From Ostrea edulis (lineage: Eukaryota), in contig NC_079173.1 in the NCBI RefSeq assembly GCF_947568905.1, positions 29,202,001 through 29,266,000 on the forward strand: a stretch of 64,000 bases of DNA, written 5' to 3'. Of the stretch, positions 13,801 to 27,700 are shown piece by piece; position 1 is the first letter of the stretch, and every line of letters starts with the position of its first letter. The position numbers and the translations under genes are program-made. Below the pieces are notes generated by a model. It did no database searches. It was not told the DNA's origin and was given only the letters and a program-made list of their open reading frames with translations.

Positions 13801-15634
13801 CCCCACCCTTCCCACTGGGGGGGACATGATTTTAACAAACTTGAATCTGCATTATGTCAGAAAGCTTTCATGTAAATGTAAACTCCTCTGGACCAATGCT
13901 TCTTGAGAAGAAAACCTTTCAAGATTTTCCTTATATATTTGTGTGTAAACCTTTGATTCCCCTTCGTCGTCTCCCCTTCCCGGGGGGGGGGGGGGGGCGT
14001 GATGTTAACAAACTTGAACTTGCATTATGTCAGGGAGCTGTCATGTAAACTTTTCAGGCTCAGTGAATCTTGAGACAATATTTCAAAAGATTTTCCCTAT
14101 ATATTTATATGTAAAACTTTAATACCTTATTGCAACCCCATCATATCCTTGAGGGTCATGATTTTAACAAACTTGAATCTGTACTATATCAGGAAGCTGC
14201 CATATATGCAAAGGAGAACAATTTATTTTCTGCATAAAAGATGCCTATGTCTGATAACTTATGAAAATGATAACTTTTAGGGAGAATTTTGCAGTACTGT
14301 ATTCGAGATATATTGCCCCAAACTTCATGAAATAAAATAATTTGCTTAAAATTACCACAATGTTGCAATAAATGCTCAAATGTGATATAAAGCACAACCA
14401 TGAATCCAGTACATTATGACATCAATTTTAGAATATCACCATGAAGATTAAATATTGAGAATTTTTCACTTCTCCTGACCTGTCCTGATATCTCCAAACA
14501 AACATATCTTAAATACCAGACTATCAATTTTCAACATACTTTATATATCATAAGAGGGATATGCTTGTGATGAAAGGTGAAGATAACGAACAGTGATCAA
14601 TCTCATAACTCATATAAGCAATACAAAATATGTAGTTGGGCAAACACGGACCCCTGGACACACCAGAGGTGGAATGAGGTGCCTAGGAGGAGTACGCATC
14701 GCCTGTCAACCGGTAACAACCGCCGTGAGCCCTATATCCTGATCAGGTAAACGTAGTTATCCGTAGTCAAAATCAGTGTGCCAAGAACGGCCTAACAATC
14801 TGTATGAAACATGTCAGACAACATTTGACCCAATGATAGGTTGTATTGACCAACTAAATCGTTATAACGACCGTAGAATTTGCGAAATGCTTACTTCAAT
14901 CGAGACTGTTGAAATCCCTGAATTAGTTTCAAGATGGAAACATTGTTTACACTAAGTTTACTATATTTAGTTAAACCCTGTCGTGAAAGTAAACAGACGA
15001 CAAAATTTAAGACCGTCAAAAATGTGCCAATTGAGGGATAAAACTATTCAAAAGAAGGATACAAAGGTGACGATAAAAACCTGCTCACACGCTCTACTAC
15101 ACTAGAACTCAAACTTCATCACTGTCATAGGCTTACAGATATGACCCTGGTTGAACTGTGTTCACGGCATGACGTCAGAGTTGGAAAAGCAAGATAAATT
15201 ATAAACCTGACATTTAGAATTTTTTAACTACATTCACCCTCATTCATTCTCAATGTGCACATAGTATGCTAAGTACTTCGTTACTAGCTTGAAAATACGG
15301 ATGCATATTTAATTACCGTGATAAAATTTAGAAATGAAAGGATTATCTCCCTCACGCATATCTCTTAGACGAATTTGACTCCACTTTTTTGGCACACTGT
15401 TTTGCCATATAATAGCTCTAAAACTTCATTGTTATTTCGGATTTCAAACATTTCGGTCGAGCATCACTGAAGAGACATTATTTGTCGAAATGCACATCTG
15501 GTGAATCAAAATTGTACCGTATAAGTTTTACATACAATATCATTTTTATTACCAAATAGATTGTCAAGTCTTAGATTATCAATTTCTTTCACCAATGTTT
15601 TCAAATAAATATTCAGAGACTGTTACTAGATAAT

Positions 15635-15706
<72 letters not shown>

Positions 15707-18700
15707 TGGGATTTCTTCCTTTCGAATTGAATTGAATGGAAAATATTGCCAAAAACAGATCTCATTTATTGCAGACAGACATATTTTATCCTCCCTACTA
15801 AAATGCTTCTCATGCCAAAATGCTATCAGCACTTTATGATCCATTTCATTTCGCCACCAATGAATAAATACTCCTTGAAAAAGAATCTTAAACATCCCAT
15901 CAAATGGACAGTGAATATTATGGGTCAAGTGAGTGCAATGTAATAAGACAGCATTGACCAAAGTCTACCTGATGGAGTCACACTTGGTGTAACACTTGGT
16001 GTAACAGATGGAGTTGGTGTGGCACTTGGTGTTGCAGATGGAGTCACGCTAGGAGTGATTGATGGTGTAGGTGTAACGCTGGGTGTAACACTTGGTGTAA
16101 AAGATGGAGTCACGCTGGGTGTAACACTTGGTGTAACAGAAGGTGTGACACTTGGTGTAACTGATGGTGTGACACTTGGAGTAACCGATGGTGTGACACT
16201 TGGTGTAACTGATGGTGTGACGCTTGGTGTGACACTTGGAGTAACCGATGGTGTGACACTTGGTGTAACCGATGGTGTGACACTTGGTGTGACAGATGGT
16301 GTTGGTGTAATGCTTGGTGTGGCTTTTTATTGAAGAAAAGAGATATACAGCATTAACTAACTATTAATTGGACGAATAATGCCATTTGATATTTTGTTTT
16401 TCACGGTTAAAGTGAAAGAGACATATAGGGTAAGGTGTACACCAATGAAAGAAGAAGTCATATTATAAAAAAAACCATTCTAACTTTACTCATGATTTCT
16501 TCTTCGTAATAAACAGAACAAAGTACACCATATTTTATCAAGGAAAGTGAAAGGTGAAGATAAGGAGCAGAGGAACTGTAATCAATCTCGTAACTCCTAT
16601 AAAGAATACAAATTACACAGTTGGACAAAAAGAGATATCGGGCACACCAGAGGTGGATTGATGTACATAGGAGGAATAAGCATCCTCTACTGACCGCTCA
16701 CACCCCCAATGAGACATATAGTTTGATCAGGTAATTGGATTTATCGGTAGTCAAAATCACTGTGTTAAGAACGGCCTAACAATCAATATTAAAGACGTCA
16801 GATAGCATTTGACCCAATGATAGTTTGTATTGGCAAACTACATAGTTATAAAGACCGTAGAATTTGGATAGTATATTAACAATGAATCGGAAAGGAACTC
16901 TTCTTTACCAACTTAATTCAATGGAAAATCTTCCCCCAAACAGATTGGATTTCTTGCACACCTATTTTATCCTCCCTACTAAAATGCCTCTCATGCCAAA
17001 CTGTTATCAGCACTAAATGATCAATTTCATTTCGCCACCAATCAATAAATACTCCTTGAAAAAGAATCTTAAACATCCCATCAAATGGACAGTGAATCTT
17101 ATGGGTCAAGTGAGTGCAATGTAATAAGAGCGTATTGAACAAAGTGTACCTGATGGAGTCACGCTTGGTGTAACACTTGGTGTAACAGATGGAGTTGGTG
17201 TGGCACTTGGTGTTACAGATGGAGTCACGCTAGGAGTGACTGATGGTGTAGGTGTAACGCTGGGTGTAACACTTGGTGTAACAGATGGAGTCAAGCTGGG
17301 TGTAACACTTGGTGTAATAGAAGGTGTGACACTTGGTGTAATTGATGGTGTGACACTTGGAGTAACCGATGGTGTGACACTTGGTGTAACCGATGGTGTT
17401 GGTGTAACGCTTGGTGTGACACTTGGAGTAACCGATGGTGTGACACTTGGTGTGACAGATGGTGTTGGTGTAACGCTTGGTGTGACACTTGGTGTAACAG
17501 ATGGAGTTGGTGTGGCACTTGGTGTTGCAGATGGAGTCACGCTAGGAGTGACTGATGGTGTAGGTGTAACGCTGGGTGTAACACTTGGTGTAACAGATGG
17601 AGTCACGCTGGGTGTAACACTTGGTGTAACAGAAGGTGTGACACTTGGTGTAACTGATGGTGTGACACTTGGAGTAACTGATGGTGTGACACTTGGTGTG
17701 ACACTTGGAGTAACCGATGGTGTGACACTTGGTGTAACTGATGGTGTGACGCTTGGTGTGACACTAGGAGTAACCGATGGTGTGACACTTGGTGTAACCG
17801 ATGGTGTTGGTGTAACGCTTGGTGTGACACTTGGAGTAACCGATGGTGTGACACTTGGTGTGACAGATGGTGTTGGTGTAACGCTTGGTGTGACACTTGG
17901 TGTAACAGATGGAGTTGGTGTGGCACTTGGTGTTGCAGATGGAGTCACGCTAGGAGTTACTGATGGTGTAGGTGTAACGCTGGGTGTAACACTTGGTGTA
18001 ACAGATGGAGTCACGCTGGGTGTAACACTTGGTGTAACAGAAGGTGTGACACTTGGTGTAACTGATGGTGTGACACTTGGAGTAACTGATGGTGTGACAC
18101 TTGGTGTGACACTTGGAGTAACCGATGGTGTGACGCTTGGTGTAACTGATGGTGTGACGCTTGGTGTGACACTAGGAGTAACCGATGGTGTGACACTTGG
18201 TGTGACAGATGGTGTTGGTGTAACGCTTGGTGTGGCTTTTTATTGAAGAAAAGAGATATACAGCATTAACTTACCATTAATTGGACGAATAATGCCATTT
18301 GATATTTTGTTTTTCACGGTTAAAGTGAAAGAGACATATAGGGTACGGTGTACACCAGTGAAAGAAGAAGTCATATTAAAAAGAAACCATCCCAACTTTA
18401 CTCATGATTTCTTCTTCGTAATAAACAGAACAAAGTACACCATATTTTATCAAGGAAAGTGAAAGGTGAAGATAAGGAGCAGAGGAACTGTAATCAATCT
18501 CGTAACTCCTATAAAGAATACAAATTACACAGTTGGACAAAAAGGGATATCGGGCACACCAGATGTGGAATGATGTGCATAGGAGGAGTAAGCATCCTCT
18601 AACGACAGCTCACACCCGCCAATGAGACATATAGTTTGATCAGGTAAATGGATGTATCGGTAGTCAAAATCACTGTGTTAAGAACGGCCTAACAATCAAT

Positions 18701-21700
18701 ATTAAACACGTCAGATAGCATTTGACCCAATGATAGTTTGTATTGGCAAACTACATAGTTATAAAGACCGTAGAATTTGGATAGTATATTAACAATGAAT
18801 CGGAAAGGAACTCTTCTTTACCAACTTAATTCAATGGAAAATCTTCCCTAAACAGATTGGATTTCTTCAAGACCTATTTTATCCTCCCTACTAAAATGCC
18901 TCTCATGCCAAAATGCTATCAGCACTAAATGATCCATTTCATTTCGCCACCAATGGATAAATACTCCTTGAAAAAGAATCTTAAACATCCCATTAAATGG
19001 ACAGTGAATCTTATGGGTCAAGTGAGTGCAATGTAATAAGAGCGCATTGAACAAAGTGTACCTGATGGAGTCACGCTTGGTGTCACAGATGGAGTTGGTG
19101 TGGCACTTGGTGTTGCAGATGGAGTCACGCTAGGAGTTACTGATGGTGTAGGTGTAACGCTGGGTGTAACACTTGGTGTTGCAGATGGAGTCACGCTGGG
19201 TGTAACACTTGGTGTAACAGAAGGTGTGACACTTGGTGTAACTGATGGTGTGACACTTGGAGTAACCGATGGTGTGACACTTGGTGTAACTGATGGTGTG
19301 ACGCTTGGTGTGACACTTGGTGTAACCGATGGTGTTGGTGTAACGCTTGGTGTGACACTTGGAGTAACCGATGGTGTGACACTTGGTGTGACAGATGGTG
19401 TTGGTGTAACGCTTGGTGTGGCTTTTTATTGAAGAAAAGAGATATACAGCATTAACTAACTATTAATTGGACGAATAATGCCATTTGATATTTTGTTTTT
19501 CACGGTTAAAGTGAAAGAGACATATAGGGTAAGGTGTACACCAGTGAAAGAAGAAGTCATATTAAAAAGAAACCATTCCAACTTTACTCATGATTTCTTC
19601 TTCGTAATAAACAGAACAATGTACACCATATTTTATCAAGGAAAGTGAAAAGTGAAGATAAGGAACAGTGGAACTGTAATCAATCTCGTAACTCCTATAA
19701 AGAATACAAATTACACAGTTGGACAAAAAGGCATATCGGGCACACCAGAGGTGGAATGATGTACATAGGAGGAGTAAGCATCCTCTAACGACAGCTCACA
19801 ACCCCCAATGAGACATATAGTTTGATCAGGTAAATGGATTTATCGGTAGTCAAAATCACTGTGTTAAGAACGGCCTAACAATCAATATTAAACACGTCAG
19901 ATAGCATTTGACCCAATGATAGTTTGTATTGGCAAACTACATAGTTATAAAGACCGTAGAATTTGGATAGTATATTAACAATGAATCGGAAAGGAACTCT
20001 TCTTTACCAACTTAATTCAATGGAAAATCTTCCCCCAAACAGATTGGATTTCTTCAAGACATATTTTATCCTCCCTACTAAAATGCCTCTCATGCCAAAA
20101 TGCTATCAGCACTAAATGATCCATTTCATTTCGCCACCAATCAATAAATACTCCTTGAGAAAGAATCTTAAACATCCCATCAAATGGACAGTGAATCTTA
20201 TGGGTCAAGTGAGTGCAATGTAATAAGAGCGCATTGAACAAAGTGTACCTGATGGAGTCACGCTTGGTGTAACACTTGGTGTAACAGATGGAGTTGGTGT
20301 GGCACTTGGTGTTACAGATGGAGTCACGCTAGGAGTGACTGATGGTGTAGGTGTAACGCTGGGTGTAACACTTGGTGTAACAGATGGAGTCACGCTGGGT
20401 GTAACACTTGGTGTAATAGAAGGTGTGACACTTGGTGTAACTGATGGTGTGACACTTGGAGTAACCGATGGTGTGACACTTGGTGTAACTGATGGTGTGA
20501 CGCTTGGTGTGACACTTGGAGTAACCGATGGTGTGACACTTGGTGTAACCGATGGTGTTGGTGTAACGCTTGGTGTGACACTTGGAGTAACCGATGGTGT
20601 GACACTTGGTGTGACAGATGGTGTTGGTGTAACGCTTGGTGTGACACTTGGTGTAACAGATGGAGTTGATGTGGCACTTGGTGTTGCAGATGGAGTCACG
20701 CTAGGAGTGACTGATGGTGTAGGTGTAATGCTGGGTGTAACACTTGGTGTAACAGATGGAGTCACGCTGGGTGTAACACTTGGTGTAACAGAAGGTGTGA
20801 CACTTGGAGTAACTGATGGTGTGACACTTGGAGTAACTGATGGTGTGACACTTGGTGTGACACTTGGAGTAACCGATGGTGTGACACTTGGTGTAACTGA
20901 TGGTGTGACGCTTGGTGTGACACTAGGAGTAACCGATGGTGTGACACTTGGTGTAACCGATGGTGTTGGTGTAACGCTTGGTGTGACACTTGGAGTAACC
21001 GATGGTGTGACACTTGGTGTGACAGATGGTGTTGGTGTAACGCTTGGTGTGACACTTGGTGTAACAGATGGAGTTGGTGTGGCACTTGGTGTTGCAGATG
21101 GAGTCACGCTAGGAGTGACTGATGGTGTAGGTGTAACGCTGGGTGTAACACTTGGTGTAACAGATGGAGTCACGCTGGGTGTAACACTTGGTGTAACAGA
21201 AGGTGTGACACTTGGTGTAACTGATGGTGTGACACTTGGAGTAACTGATGGTGTGACACTTGGAGTAACTGATGGTGTGACACTTGGTGTGACACTTGGA
21301 GTAACCGATGGTGTGACACTTGGTGTAACTGATGGTGTGACGCTTGGTGTGACACTAGGAGTAACCGATGGTGTGACACTTGGTGTAACCGATGGTGTTG
21401 GTGTAACGCTTGGTGTGACACTTGGAGTAACCGATGGTGTGACACTTGGTGTGACAGATGGTGTTGGTGTAACGCTTGGTGTGGCTTTTTATTGAAGAAA
21501 AGAGATATACAGCATTAACTAACTATTAATTGGACGAATAATGCCATTTGATATTTTGTTTTTCACGGTTAAAGTGAAAGAGACATATAGGGTAAGGTGT
21601 ACACCAGTGAAAGAAGAAGTCATATTAAAAAGAAACCATTCCAACTTTACTCATGATTTCTTCTTCGTAATAAACAGAACAATGTACACCATATTTTATC

Positions 21701-24700
21701 AAGGAAAGTGAAAAGTGAAGATAAGGAACAGTGGAACTGTAATCAATCTCGTAACTCCTATAAAGAATACAAATTACACAGTTGGACAAAAAGGCATATC
21801 GGGCAAACCAGAGGTGGAATGATGTACATAGGAGGAGTAAGCATCCTCTAACGACAGCTCACAACACCCAATGAGACATATAGTTTGATCAGGTAAATGG
21901 ATTTATCGGTAGTCAAAATCACTGTGTTAAGAACGGCCTAACAATCAATATTAAAGACGTCAGATAGCATTTGACCCAATGATAGTTTGTATTGGCAAAC
22001 TATATAGTTATAAAGACCGTAGAATTTGGATAGTATATTAACAATGAATCGGAAAGGAACTCTTCTTTACCAACTTAATTCAATGGAAAATCTTCCCTAA
22101 ACTGATTGGATTTCTTCAAGACATATTTTATCCTCCCTACTAAAATGCCTCTAATGCCAAAATGCTATCAGCACTAAATGATCCATTTCATTTCGCCACC
22201 AATCAATAAATACTCCTTGAGAAAGAATCTTAAACATCCCATCAAATGGACAGTGAATCTTATGGGTCAAGTGAGTGCAATGTAATAAGAGCGCATTGAA
22301 CAAAGTGTACCTGATGGAGTCACGCTTGGTGTAACACTTGGTGTAACAGATGGAGTTGGTGTGGCACTTGGTGTTACAGATGGAGTCACGCTAGGAGTGA
22401 CTGATGGTGTAGGTGTAACGCTGGGTGTAACACTTGGTGTAACAGATGGAGTCACGCTGGGTGTAACACTTGGTGTAATAGAAGGTGTGACACTTGGTGT
22501 AACTGATGGTGTGACACTTGGAGTAACCGATGGTGTGACACTTGGTGTAACTGATGGTGTGACGCTTGGTGTGACACTTGGAGTAACCGATGGTGTGACA
22601 CTTGGTGTAACCGATGGTGTTGGTGTAACGCTTGGTGTGACACTTGGAGTAACCGATGGTGTGACACTTGGTGTGACAGATGGTGTTGGTGTAACGCTTG
22701 GTGTGGCTTTTTATTGAAGAAAAGAGATATACAGCATTAACTAACTATTAATTGGACGAATAATGCCATTTGATATTTTGTTTTTCACGGTTAAAGTGAA
22801 AGAGACATATAGGGTTAGGTGTACACCAGTGAAAGAAGAAGTCATACTAAAATGAAACCATTCCAACTTTACTCATGATTTCTTCTTCGTAATAAACAGA
22901 ACAATGTACACCATATTTTATCAAGGAAAGTGAAGATAAGGAACAGTGGAACTGTAATCAATCTCGTAACTCCTATAAAGAATACAAATTACACAGTTGG
23001 ACGAAAAGGGATATCGGGCACACCAGAGGTGGAATGATGTACATAGGAGGAGTAAGCATCCTCTAACGACAGCTCACAACCCCCAATGAGACATATAGTT
23101 TGATCAGGTAAATGGATTTATCGGTAGTCAAAATCACTGTGTTAAGAACAGCCTAACAATCAATATTAAACACGTCAGATAGCATTTGACCCAATGATAG
23201 TTTGTATTGGCAAACTACATAGTTATAAAGACCGTAGAATTTGGATAGTATATTAACAATGAATCGGAAAGGAACTCTTCTTTACCAACTTAATTCAATG
23301 GAAAATCTTCCCCCAAACAGATTGGATTTCTTCAAGACATACTTTATCCTCCCTACTAAAATGCCTCTCATGCCAAAATGCTATCAGCACTAAATGATCC
23401 ATTTCATTTCGCCACCAATCAATAAATACTCCTTGAAAAAGAATCTTAAACAGCCCATTAAATGGACAGTGAATCTTATGGGTCAAGTGAGTGCAATGTA
23501 ATAAGAGCGCATTGAACAAAGTGTACCTGATGGAGTCACGCTTGGTGTAACAGATGGAGTTGGTGTGGCACTTGGTGTTGCAGATGGAGTCACGCTAGGA
23601 GTTACTGATGGTGTAGGTGTAACGCTGGGTGTAACACTTGGTGTTGCAGATGGAGTCACGCTGGGTGTAACACTTGGTGTAACAGAAGGTGTGACACTTG
23701 GTGTAACCGATGGTGTGACACTTGGAGTAACTGATGGTGTGACACTTGGTGTGACACTTGGAGTAACCGATGGTGTGACACTTGGTGTAACCGATGGTGT
23801 TGGTGTAACGCTTGGTGTGACACTTGGAGTAACCGATGGTGTGACACTTGGTGTGACAGATGGTGTTGGTGTAACGCTTGGTGTGCCTTTTTATTGAAGA
23901 AAAGAGATATACAGCATGAACTTACTATTAATTGGAGGAATAATGCCATTTGATATTTTGTTTTTCACGGTTAAAGTGAAAGAGACATATAGGGTGAGAT
24001 GTACACTAGTGAAAGAAAAAGTCATACTATAAAGAAACCATTCCAACTTTACTCATGATTTCTTCTTCGTAATAAACAGAACAATGCACACCATATTTTA
24101 TCAAGCAAAGTGAAAGGTGAAGATAACGACCAGTGGAACTGTAATCAATCTCGTAACTCCTATAAGGAATACAAATTACACTGTTGGACAAAAAGGGATA
24201 TCGGGCACACCAGATGTGGAATGATGTACATAGGAGGAGTAAGCATCCCCTACCGACCGCTTACACACCCAATGAGACATATAGTTTGATCAGGTGAATG
24301 GAATTATGGGTAGTCAAAACCACTGTGTTAAGAACGGCCTAACAATCAATATTAAACACGTCAGATAGCATTTGACCCAATGATAGTTTGTATTGGCAAA
24401 CTACATAGTTATAAAGACCATAAAATTTGTATAGTATATTAACAATGAATCGGGAAAGAACTCTTCTTTACCAACTTAATTCAATGGAAAATCTTGCCCC
24501 AAACAGATTGGATTTCGTGCACTCCTATTTTATCCTCCTTACTAAAATGCCTCTCATGCCAAAATGCTATCAGCACTAAATGATCCATTTTATTTCGCCA
24601 CCAATCAATAAATACTCCTTGAAAAAGAATCTTAACATCCCATCAAATGGACAGTGAATCTTATGGGTCAAGTGAGTGCAATGTAATAAGAGCGCATTGA

Positions 24701-27700
24701 ACAAAGTGTACCTGATGGAGTCACGCTTGGTGTAACACTTGGCGTAACAGATGGAGTCACACTGGGTGTAACACTTGGTGTAACAGAAGGTGTGACACTT
24801 GGAGTAACCGATGGTGTGACACTTGGTGTAACCGATGGTGTTGGTGTAACGCTTGGTGTGACACTTGGAGTAACCGATGGAGTTGGTGTGGCACTTGGTG
24901 TTGAAGATGGAGTCACGCTAGGAGTGACTGATGGTGTAGGTGTAACACTGGGTGTAACACTTGGTGTAACAGATGGGGTCACGCTGGGTGTAACACTTGG
25001 TGTAACTGATGGTGTGACACTTGGAGTAACTGATGGTGTGACACTTGGAGTAACTGATGGTGTGACACTTGGTGTGACACTTGGAGTAACCGATGGTGTG
25101 ACACTTGGTGTAACTGATGGTGTGACGCTTGGTGTGACACTAGGAGTAACCGATGGTGTGACACTTGGTGTAACCGATGGTGTTGGTGTAACGCTTGGTG
25201 TGACACTTGGAGTAACCGATGGTGTGACACTTGGTGTGACAGATGGAGTTGGTGTAACGCTTGGTGTGGCTTTTTATTGAAGAAAAGAGATATACAGCAT
25301 TAACTTACTATTAATTGGACGAATAATGCCATTTGATATTTTGTTTTTCACGGTTAAAGTGAAAGAGACATATAGGGTGAGATGTACACCAGTGAAAGAA
25401 GAAGTCATATTAAAAAGAAACCATTCCAACTTTACTCATGATTTCTTCCTGGTAATAAACAGAACAATGTACACCATATTTTATCAAGCAAAGTGAAAAG
25501 TGAGGATAACGAACAGTGGAACTGTAATCAATCTCGTAACTTCTATAAAGAATACAAATTACACAGTTGGACAAAAAGGGATATCGGGCACACCAGAGGT
25601 GGAATAATGTACATAGGAGGAGTAAGCATCCTCTACCGACAGCTCACAACCCCCAATGAGACATATAATTTGTTCAGGTAAATGGATTTATCGGTAGTCA
25701 AAATCACTGTGTTAAGAACGGTCTAACAATCAATATTAAACACGTCAGATAGCATTTGACCCAATGATAGTTTGTATTGGCAAACTACATAGTTATAAAG
25801 ACCGTAGAATTTGGATAGTATATTAACAATGAATCGGAGAGGAACTCTTCTTTACCAACTTAATTCAATCGAAAATCTTGTTCCAAACAGATTGGATTTC
25901 TTCAAGACATATTTTATCCTCCCTATAAAATGCCTCTCATGCCAAAATGCTATCAGCACTAAATGATCCATTTCATTTCGCCACCAATTAATAAATACTC
26001 CTTGAAAAAGAATCTTAAACATCCCATTAAATGGACAGTGAATCTTATGGGTCAAGTGAGTGCAATGTAATAAGAGCGCATTGAACAAAGTGTACCTGAT
26101 GGAGTCACACTTGGTGTAACAGATAGAGTTGGTGTGGCACTTGGTGTTGCAGATGGAGTCACGCTAGGAGTGACTGATGGTGTAGGTGTAACGCTGGGTG
26201 TAACACTTGGTGTAACAGATGGAGTCACGCTGGGTGTAACACTTGGTGTAACAGAAGGTGTGACTGATGGTGTGACACTTGGAGTAACCGATGGTGTGAC
26301 ACTTGGTGTAACTGATGGTGTGACGCTTGGTGTGACACTTGGAGTAACCGATGGTGTGACACTTGGTGTAACCGATGGTGTTGGTGTAACGCTTGGTGTG
26401 ACACTTGGAGTAACCGATGGTGTGACACTTGGTGTGACAGATGGTGTTGGTGTAACGCTTGGTGTGACACTTGGTGTAACAGATGGAGTTGGTGTGGCAC
26501 TTGGTGTTGCAGATGGAGTCACGCTAGGAGTGACTGATGGTGTAGGTGTAACGCTGGGTGTAACACTTGGTGTAACAGATGGAGTCACGCTGGGTGTAAC
26601 ACTTGGTGTAACAGAAGGTGTGACACTTGGTGTAACTGATGGTGTGACACTTGGAGTAACTGATGGTGTGACACTTGGAGTAACTGATGGTGTGACACTT
26701 GGTGTGACACTTGGAGTAACCGATGGTGTGACACTTGGTGTAACTGATGGTGTGACGCTTGGTGTGACACTAGGAGTAACCGATGGTGTGACACTTGGTG
26801 TAACCGATGGTGTTGGTGTAACGCTTGGTGTGACACTTGGAGTAACCGATGGTGTGACACTTGGTGTGACAGATGGAGTTGGTGTAACGCTTGGTGTGGC
26901 TTTTTATTGAAGAAAAGAGATATACAGCATTAACTTACTATTAATTGGACGAATAATGCCATTTGATATTTTGTTTTTCACGGTTAAAGTGAAAGAGACA
27001 TATAGGGTGAGATGTACACTAGTGAAAGAAAAAGTCATATTATAAAGAAACCATTCCAACTTTCCTCATGATTTTTTCTTCGTAATAAACAGAACAATGT
27101 ACACCATATTTTATCAAGCAAAGTGAAAGGTGAAGATAACGACCAGTGGAACTGTAATCAATCTCGTAACTCCTATAAGGAATACAAATTACACAGTTGG
27201 ACAAAAAGGGATATCGGGCACACCAGATGTGGAATGATGTATATAGGAGGAGTAAGCATCCTCAACCGACCGCTTACACATCCAGTGAGACATATAGTTT
27301 GATCAGGTAAATGGAATTATGGGTAGTCAAAACCACTGTGTTAAGAACGGCCTAACAATCAATATTAAACACGTCAGATAGCATTTGACTTAAAGTTGAT
27401 AGTTTGTATTGGCAAACTACATAGTTATAAAGACCATAAAATTTGGATAGTATATTAACAATGAATCGGAAAAGAACTCTTCTTTACCAACTTAATTCAA
27501 TGGAAAATCTTGCCCCAAACAGATTGGATTTCTTGCACTCCTATTTTATCCTCCTTACTAAAATGCCTCTCATGCCAAAATGCTATCAGCACTAAATGAT
27601 CCATTTTATTTCGCCACCAATCAATAAATACTCCTTGAAAAAGAATCTTAACATCCCATCAAATGGACAGTGAATCTTATGGGTCAAGTGAGTGCAATGT

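Noticed and set aside
16323-16335. AATAAA overlapping the cassette acceptors (ttcAATAAAaag|)
   Set aside because: The downstream exon RNA is A/C-rich with no GU-rich element, and cleavage there would give a non-stop transcript. It is probably incidental, although 3'-end data could test it.
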